32,118 bases of DNA from a virus (taxonomy: Duplodnaviria > Caudoviricetes). The stretch lies in IMG/VR virus record IMGVR_UViG_3300006919_000230, positions 1-32,118 of that record; one strand, 5' to 3'. Numbering within the stretch: position 1 is the first letter of the stretch; every line of letters begins with the position of its first letter. The position numbers and the translations under genes are program-made. Below are positions 17,719 to 26,700 of the stretch, piece by piece. The notes below the pieces were generated by a model. That model worked only from the letters and a program-made list of their open reading frames with translations. It was not told the origin of the DNA and ran no database searches.

Positions 17719-20700
17719 TGGCATTCTACTCAGCTAAGAACATCATCGAGGGCCAAGGTGGCCAAGCGCCCGCGCCGGTTCCAGAGGAGCAGTCTTTTTG
17801 GTCTCCCAAGGGATCGTTCTTTAGCGAAGTGCTGCCTGCTGCTTGGGCGACAGAGAACCCTGGCGGCGCTTTGGCGTCGAGCCTTCGCTATCGTGGCGGG
17901 GCATCGCAGATCGACCTTGAATATGACCCGTTTGAGGCCAGCCGCATTAGCGGGTACGAGCAATTCGCGGATAGCTTTGTTGGCGTAAACAACGATACAG
18001 AACTGACCGCCATGAAGGCGGAATTGGACCGCTACCGTAAGCATCAAAAGACTTTGGATGAGGGCGGCTGGATGGGGATGGCGGCCGTTTTGCTGAGTGC
18101 GGCGGCTTCTCCGACGATGCTGCTTCCTGGCGGGCAAATCTACCGCGGGCTCAAGGTCGGGCAAGCCGCATGGCGAACAGGCCTTAGCACGGCGGCATGG
18201 GGCGGCGCGGGCGCCGCAATCGACGAGGCTATCCTGTACGGCGCGCAGCCCGGTCGTTCTCAGTTAGAGGCGTTGATCGGGACTGCGTCGGGTGCGCTCC
18301 TGGGTGGGGCTCTGGGCGCTGGCATCGGCGCGTTTGCATCTCGGTCGGCTCGAAGCCAAGCCAGACTGGCGGCGCTCCCGAACATAGCCCGGACGCAAGA
18401 GCATGATGCCGCCGTCAAAGCATTCCAATCAGATTTAATGGAGCAAGCTTCCCGGTCGTCCTCTCTGCCTGAAGACCAGATCGAGGCGAGCATTGAACTT
18501 CTGACGCGCCAGTATGAGGCCGCTGTGGTCCGGTCTGGCATGCCGTTCGATGAGTTCCGCGCTGCTTATCCTCTGGAGATCCGGGACGGGCGCATAGTTT
18601 CGACTAGCACTGTGAAGTCCGTTGATGAAGGCGGGACGCCGGGGTTCGCGCCATCGTCTCGCGCCGTTGATGATCTGCAGGCCAAGGTCGATGACCTGGA
18701 AGCAAAGGCAAAGCCAGACCCTGACGGCGTGACGTACAATCAGGATGGCCGGGTTAAGACTGAGACGCCGGAGTTCCGGGCGTGGTTTGGCGAGGGCAAG
18801 TTACTCGACCCTGAGACTGGCGAGCCAAGCACGTTTTATCATGGGACGCCTCGCGACTTCGACGGCTTCGACACATCGGCGGCAACAGAACGGGATGGCG
18901 GGTTTTACGGCAAGGGCATTTACCTAACGGACGATGCGGACGAGGCTTTCGATTATTCGCTGAACGATCAGGGCGAAGACGTTGGCAGAGTTATTGAGGC
19001 GCATGTCAAAATGGAGAGGCCATTCGAGTTTGATTTGAGCGAGGAAGGCTGGCCTGCTACGCGCGCTCGATTGTCAGAGGCAGGCTTTAAGAGTGCAGAC
19101 CGGGCTGACAACCGGCACTCGTACAATCTTATCAGTTCAGAATCGGATCGCTTCTCTGCGTGGGCCAAAGAGAACGGTTTTGACGGTGTTGTGGTGCGAA
19201 CCGACAGGGGAATATCAGAGGTCGTCGCCTTCGACCCGACTCAGATCAAGTCCGTCAATAACCGAGGCACCTACGACCCCAGCGACCCGCGCATACTGTA
19301 TCAGGGGGCCACAGAGAGCCCCTTGTCGAAGGCACGGGAGATGGCGGCAACCAAGGTGTACCCAACAGGCCGAGAGTTCAAGGTCAGCCTTCAGGAAGCG
19401 GCGCTGGCGGCGCAGCGAGAGGAAGGCATTGACCTCTCCGATCTAACGCCAGAAAACATCCGACGCCTTGCTGATATGCTCAAAAGTGACGCCATTGAAG
19501 CACTGCAAGATAACGTCAACGCCATTGGCTGGTATGACCGGACTGTGACGGCGGCGCTGGAATCTGTTGCCGAGCTTTACCCAGAGGTGGCGACGAACCT
19601 TGTCAATAAGCTTCAATTCATATGGGCGTTGGCCGTCACGTCCAACGGACTAAAGGTTGACAAAAACTTCGAGATTGCGGGCAAAGCTTACGAGGCGCTA
19701 CAGACCACGGGGTCTTTCCCTACAAATGCGGGGATTGGCGATGCCGCGTCTGCTATCAATTCGGGCCTCGGCATGTACCACAAGATGCTTGCGCGGTTTG
19801 ATGGTGATCACGCCAAGTTAGTCGATTTCATGAACAAGAAAACCACGGTTCGGGAGATCGAGGCTGAGTACGATGTTAAAATTAGCGGCGAAGGCAAGGA
19901 TACACTGGTTCGTGGGGCGTCTATTCTAGGGCCGAAGATAGGTAACGGGTTCTTTTCAAACCTATACGGAAATTTTGATGAGTTAACGATGGACCGCTGG
20001 CTTATGCGGACGGTCGGGCGCTGGCGCGGTACACTCATCAAGCGCAATGCGGCGATGGAGGCGAAGAAGCGGGCGCAAATCACCGCACTTTTTTCAGTGG
20101 CCTCGCCCGATGAATTACGCCAAATGCGCGCCTTATACAAAGGCACTGGTGCGCGTATCGCGACACGCATGACAAAGGCCGAGATTGATGTCTTGGCGGC
20201 GGTTACGAAAAAAGCTTCAATGGACCCTGCGTGGCGGGAGCGGCTGAATGCTGTTGATGGCGGCGCTCTACTGAGGAAGGCGGCTAATGGCCTTTATGGA
20301 TACCTCGACGGGCAGGTAGAGGCACCGTCTGGACCCAGGGAGCGGACATTCATTAGGGCGGTCTTTACGAAAGCCCTCGGTGAACTCAACGACAGCCCAG
20401 AGATGCGTCAATTAAGCAACGCAAAACTTACCATGAGCGACCTTCAGGCCTTATTGTGGTATCCAGAAAAGCGACTATATGATAGTGCTAAGGGCAACGC
20501 AGAGGGAGCGCGAGGTTATGCGGACGACGACGCACCAGACTACGCCAACGCCGCCAGAAAATACGTCAACAATCGACTGGGACGAAGCGGAACGCCTGGA
20601 CGACCTGGAGAACCCGACACGCTCGGAGGAACAGGACGAGTTCGAGATGGAAAACTGGCTGAAGGCCAGGAAGGCCCGCTAACTCTTAATCAAGGAGAAG

Positions 20701-23700
20701 TCGATGGCGTATTCGGACCCGAACGCGGACCTGGACGAGGAGGACGATCCCCAGGGCCGGGGGGAGGCGCGGCGGAACTATATGCTGCTGCGCCGCCGAC
20801 GCGGGCCGAGCCCCTCCCAAGCGCGACCAAAATCGGAGGCAAGCCCTTCGGCCCCATCATCGGCCTCGTCGATGCCGCAGAGCGATACGCCGCCAAACAC
20901 GGCATCGAACTCCGGCGACAAGGCGAATTTGTAAGCATAGACGAGGCTCGCTCACGGCGGATAGCTGATGCTTATGACGCCATGCCGCATGCTCCGGGCG
21001 ACCCTCGGGTGCAGGCGTCATACCGGGCGATGATCAATCAGGTCGATGATCAATACCAACAACTGATCGACGACGGCTACGAGTTCTACCTGATGGACCC
21101 GGCCAGCGACCCGTACAACGGCAACCCTTGGGAAGCCATGCGGGATCTTCGCGACAACAAGCGGATGGCGGTGTTCCCGACCGGCGACGGGTTCGGCACG
21201 GATGCCGACTTCGACCCAGCTGACAACATGCTGATGGAATTTTCAGGCCGCGAGATGCGCGATGCCAAGACCGGCGACATGGTCGAGGTGCGCGCGAACG
21301 ATCTATTCCGCGCCGTCCACGACGCTTTCGGCCACGGGCTTGAGGGAAGCGGGTTTCGCGCGAGGGGCGAGGAAAACGCTTGGCAGGCTCACAGCCGTTT
21401 ATTCACGGGTGACGCTGTAGGCGCGATGACGTCAGAGACGCGAGGCCAGAATAGTTGGCTTAACTACGGCCCGCATGCGGAGGCCAACAAGACAGCCAAG
21501 GTCGAGGACACCGTCTTCGCCAATCAGAAGATGGGCCTTATGCCAGAGTGGACGTGGGCCGAGGGCCGGTCTCCTGACGCAGCCCTGCCGCTCGCGCCTA
21601 GTGATGGCCCCAACATCCTCTATCAGAGTGCGGCTGACGCCGCTCCTGACATGGAGAACGGCGGCGCAGAAATAGACGGTCGCCTGTTCGTCGCTCACAA
21701 TCTCTCTATCGGAAAACTACTTCACGCTGACAAGATGGGCGGGCTGCCAATGCCGTCGCTCGCTGTGACGCGGGCTGATGTAGGGTTCGATGACTTTGGA
21801 GAGGTCAGCCTTATCGGTGCGCCTGATCTTGTGGACCCGAAGGCCAAGGGCGTCGGGATCTATGATGCTGACGTTTACACACCGCGCTATCCGTCCATAG
21901 ATTACACAACGAACCGCAAGGCTCTGGACGCGCTTGAAGCCGATATCACCGCTGCTGTTGAGCGGGCTGGCCTCGATCCGAAGCAGGTCGCAATGCGTGT
22001 TGATCTGGAGAGCGACGGCCTGAAGTGGTTTAGCTCGGATCACGCTGTCCGCATCCTGTATTTGGATGAGCGGGGCATTGAGGTGCCTTTGCGTGAGCCA
22101 GGGCGGGCAGACACAACAGAACTCCACAACATTGTTGACGGGCGGCGGGATGATTTTGACGAGTGGCTAGATGGCCGCACGGAAGGCCTAATCGACAAAG
22201 AGCGCATCTTTAAGGGGTTCACCAATGCTAGGAACCGACGCTATGCCCCGCATACGATAGATAATGTGCTGAAGGATATGAAGTCGCGTCTGAAGGAAGG
22301 CGAGGGCTTTAACTATGGCGCCGGCACTATCCGGTCCAAGCATGCCAAGAAGTTCAAAAACCTAAAGGACGTCATGGCTGACCGGGATCGGATTGTCACC
22401 GAGGCCGAGATTAAGGACATGAAGGACGAGTTCCAGCAGCGCATCATGGACATGGCAGAGTCAGCGCGGGACTATTACAAGTTCGACAAAAAGAGCTTCA
22501 GCTATATTGATGACTTTTCTGACGTCATGGCGGAGATGGCATCCAAGGGGCCACGGGCTCTTGATGAGATATTCGATGACCTACCGGCTGAGATAAAGAC
22601 GGACATCGTGCAGTATCTCAATGATCTCCGGCTGGCTCCGACGCAATACTTTGAGGCCAAACTAAACCGGATCGTCACTCTGGATGAGTTCGATGCTGCT
22701 GTCGTCCCGCACGACCTTCCCGCCAAGGCCAGGGCTGTGCTTGAACGCGCTGGCCTGCGGATTGAAGAGTATGCCAGCGATGCCGAGCGGCGTGTCGATG
22801 TGACGAAGCATGAGCATCTGCTGTTTCAGTCTAAAGTTGGCGATCCTGCTGTCGGCGCACAGAAGAAAAACGCGCCACGCGCACAAATCCAGTTGCCAAG
22901 CGTCGATGACCCTCGGGCAATCATAACCATGTTCAATGGGGCTGACGCATCGTCGTTAGCGCATGAGGGGGCGCATTTCTTCCTGAACCTATATGAAGGG
23001 CTCGCGGCGCGAACCGGCGCTGCTGATGATGTCGTGGCTGATGTCGCGGCTATCCGCAAATGGCTTGGGGCGACTGATGGCGAGGCGCTAACTCGCGCAC
23101 AGCATGAGCAATGGGCAAGCGGGTTTGAGCAGTACATGCGGACGGGCAAGCCACCGAAGCCTGAACTGCAAGGCCTCTTTAATAAGTTCCGGGGCTGGCT
23201 GGTAGAAATTTATGAAGACGCCAAAGCCTTGGGCGTCAAGATATCTCCTGAGATTGAAGCGGCGATGGGCCGGATGATGGTCGTCGAGCGCAAGGCGGCA
23301 ATGGATGCAGAGCAGGCGCGTTTCACTGGCGAGGTGGCGTCAGCAGAGCGGTCAGACGTTGAAGACGGGAACGCCGTGCCGGGTGCTGAACGGCCTCCTG
23401 CAAATGATAATGGGGGCTCGGGTTCAGCCTTAGACCAATCGCGGCCAAACTTGTCTGATGCTGAGATGGATAATCTCGTTCGCCAGGGACACTCGATGTC
23501 TGTGATCGCCCGTCAGATAGGCGACCCGATTGCGTGGCTGGAAACATCTCCGTCAGCACTATCGCAGCGCTTGGCTCATTCTATGGCTGAGACGTCGGGC
23601 ATGCGTGAAAGTCATGTACGGGGCGAGGTCGATGCGGATCTCCCCGTCGAGACGCTGATCCGACCGTGGCGGGCTCGGGCTATCGCTGGCAAGCGCGTCA

Positions 23701-26700
23701 TGGAATTGGAGTTCATGAAACATCGCAAGATGTCTGTGGACGCCTTCGCCGGGGATGCGGTGCGGGAAGGTCGCATTGCTTTAAGGATGGTCCTTGACGC
23801 TCGCGGTGCGCCTGATGGGTTCATGACGAAGACCGACTTCAATCGCGCTGTGGGGCAGGCTGTACGGCACGGTGTTGAGACGGCAGAGAATGCAGAGATC
23901 AAGGCGGCGGCTGAGTTCTACCGGGACCACGTCTATCTCCCTGGGCTCAAGGCTGCCATAGAGGCGAAGCTGCTGCCTGATCATATCCTGACAGAATCCG
24001 ACGCGATGAAATATCTGAACCGTGTCTATGACACTGCAAAGATTGTGGACAAGCGGCCTCGGTTTGTTGAGATGGCGGCTGATTATTTGGAGGAAGATCA
24101 AGCCACAAAGCGCGCTCTGATTGACCGGGCTATGGTGCTTGATGTTGAGCAGTCAGCGCTTGATGTGACGGGGAAAACCATCTCGCAAAAGATGGTCGCC
24201 GCACAGAAGGCGCAGGGCATACTGCAGGCGCGTCTGACTGAAGCCCGGATGTCCGACAATCGCAACACTGCGCGGTCAGCATTCCTGGCTGAGAAGCTTT
24301 CAGATATTGACGCAGACATCGCACGAATGAAGGCCGAGTTGGCCGCTATGCGGGGGGACGCCAGGGCGGATAAGGCCGAGGTCGATGCGCTCAATAGAGA
24401 AATAGGCGCTCTTGAAGCTCTAAAGAAAAAGGCTTCTGCTGGGGACGCTGAAGCGTTGGGCATGGATACATCCGAGGCGATGGATGTAATTCGATCTGAT
24501 GATCAGCTTTTCGGCGCGTTCAAGGTTTTGTCTGGCAGGAAACAGGCACCTAAGCTGCGGACCTTGCTTTCTGACCTGCGGGCAGGCGGCGGGCTAACGG
24601 ATGTCGGCGGCGAACTGGCTGCCCTTGGCATCACGTCTCGGACGCATCCGGGGCTGATTAACAAAAATGGCCTGTCTCTGGAGGATAGCGCTGGCGAGTT
24701 CCTGATGGAGCGTGGCTATCATGGCCTAGATCCGCAACAGGTCGGGGGCATACAGGACAAGCTGGTCGAGATGATCCGCCGCGAACTAGAGGGGAATCCG
24801 ACTATCTCCCCAGGCAACCGCCAAGAGGATCTGCTCGTTGTCGAGTACGTTCAGGCTCTGGAGGAAGCTGCTGGGCAGGCGGGCATTGATCTGTCAGATC
24901 CTGTGGCGTTCCATCGCTTTATCGCGAACCTCGACAGTGACCGGGCCGGTCAGGGGCCGACACTTGAAGACCTGGATATTGAAATCGAGGCAATGCAGAA
25001 GGCGGGGGCTGATCCCGTCGAGCCTGTAGAAGGCGGCGCTGACAATCTGCGCACTCGGCAGTCTGCTTTGTCCGCAATGCGCGCCACCATCAAGAAGGCC
25101 GTTGAAGCCAAGAAGCGCGCTGTGGCGAACCGGCGCCCTGCTGCGGCACGTTCTGCTGAACGCGGCATGGAAGCTCGCGCTGCTTCGCGCCGGACAGATA
25201 CGCTAACCGCCCGCCTCGACGCTGTTGAGGAACGCATGGGCGACCTGGATGCCGAGCAAAGGGCGCATGATGATGCCGTCGCGGGGCTAAGAGCGTCCAA
25301 GGAGGCCATTGTCGGCAGCTGGCAGGGTAACACTGCGGAGTCAGCCCAGGCCGCGCTGAAGGCGCGTTATGCGGCAGAGGATGCTCGTTCAGAGAAGATC
25401 GCGCGTGGTGAGAGCAGGCGGTATGCCGATGTAGGTGATGCCCCGCGCTTAAGGTCTGCCGACGATGCCGTTGATCAAGCCATCAAGCGCATGATCGCGT
25501 CACGCGAAACGAAGGATATGAGCCGCGCTGAACTAAACGATATCGCGTCAGAGATCGCCAACCGGATCGTCGGGACGCCGGACGGACGCTTGCCCTATGA
25601 TCGGTTCACGAAAGAAGACGGGGACGAGGCATCGCGTGTTTCCGGGTACGGGGCAAGCGACAAGGCGGGGCAGCGTGGGTCAACGATGGCTCGCGTCTGG
25701 GCTATCCCGGATGACTTCGTCAGCAGGAGCGGCATTCGCTACGATGAGTTTCTGGAGCAAGATATTGAACTAACCTCGACCATCTACACGAACACGATGG
25801 GGCCGGACGTCGAGTTCGCCAAGCGATTTGGGGTGCCGGGTGAAAGCGGTCGATGGATGGAGAAAGAGATTAAGGCTGTTGAGGCTGACTATGACGCCAA
25901 GATGGGCGCTCCTGGCCTGTCGGTGCAGGACATGAACCGTCTGCAAACCCGCAAAGAAACCGACATAAAATCCGTCGCGGGCATCCGGGACAGGCTCCGA
26001 GGCGTTTACGCGCTGCCTGCCGAGCCGCAGGGGTGGGCCTATCGGGCGCAGAATGTGGCACTCAGCTGGAACTATATGCGGCTGCTGGGCGGCATGACAC
26101 TTTCTGCTATCCCGGACATGTTTCACATCGTCATGCTCAATGGGTTCAAGCGCTCTGGCCTAGTCCCAGCCCTTCAGGCGGTCGTGTCGAAAGAGGCGCG
26201 GGGCATGATGCTGGAGGAACTGCAGGCGTTCAATGTTGCAGACGACATTATGTCATCAAGCCGGGTGCAGACTGTCGCTGACTTTAACCTTCAACACCAT
26301 CGGCTGACTAAAGGCGAGCGCGCGGTCCAAGGCGGGACGGCGGTGTTCACCAAGCTTTCACTGATGAACTACTGGAACCAATACGCGAAAAACATGGCGG
26401 GTATCGTTACATGGTCCCGCATGCTCCCGGCTCTTCGCCAGATGGCGGCGGGGACAGCAAGCCCAAAGGACGCGGCGAAGTTGGCTCAGATGGGCATTGA
26501 TGCAGGATGGGCGCGCCGGATGGTCGGCATGCTTGACCGGCATGGTGAGGATGTCGGCGGGACCACTATGCCGAACGGGGAACGGTGGCAGGACGCAGAC
26601 GCGGCGAATAGGTTGCGCGGGGCTCTGGCTGCCGAGGTAGACAGAATGATTGTCACTCCGGGGCAGGAAAGGCCTTTGTGGATGTCCCGCAACGGCTGGC

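Noticed and set aside
18745-19446. Other +1-frame ORFs inside the giant gene (18745, 19093, 21475, 24838)
   Set aside because: They are R/S/T/P-rich shadows over conserved main-frame domains and lack convincing SD sites, unlike the 20518/20704 pair.
23421-23441. SALDQ|S as a sixth delimiter motif
   Set aside because: It lies in a linker after the zincin but matches weakly (D in place of N/Y/F), so it is not counted without homologue evidence.
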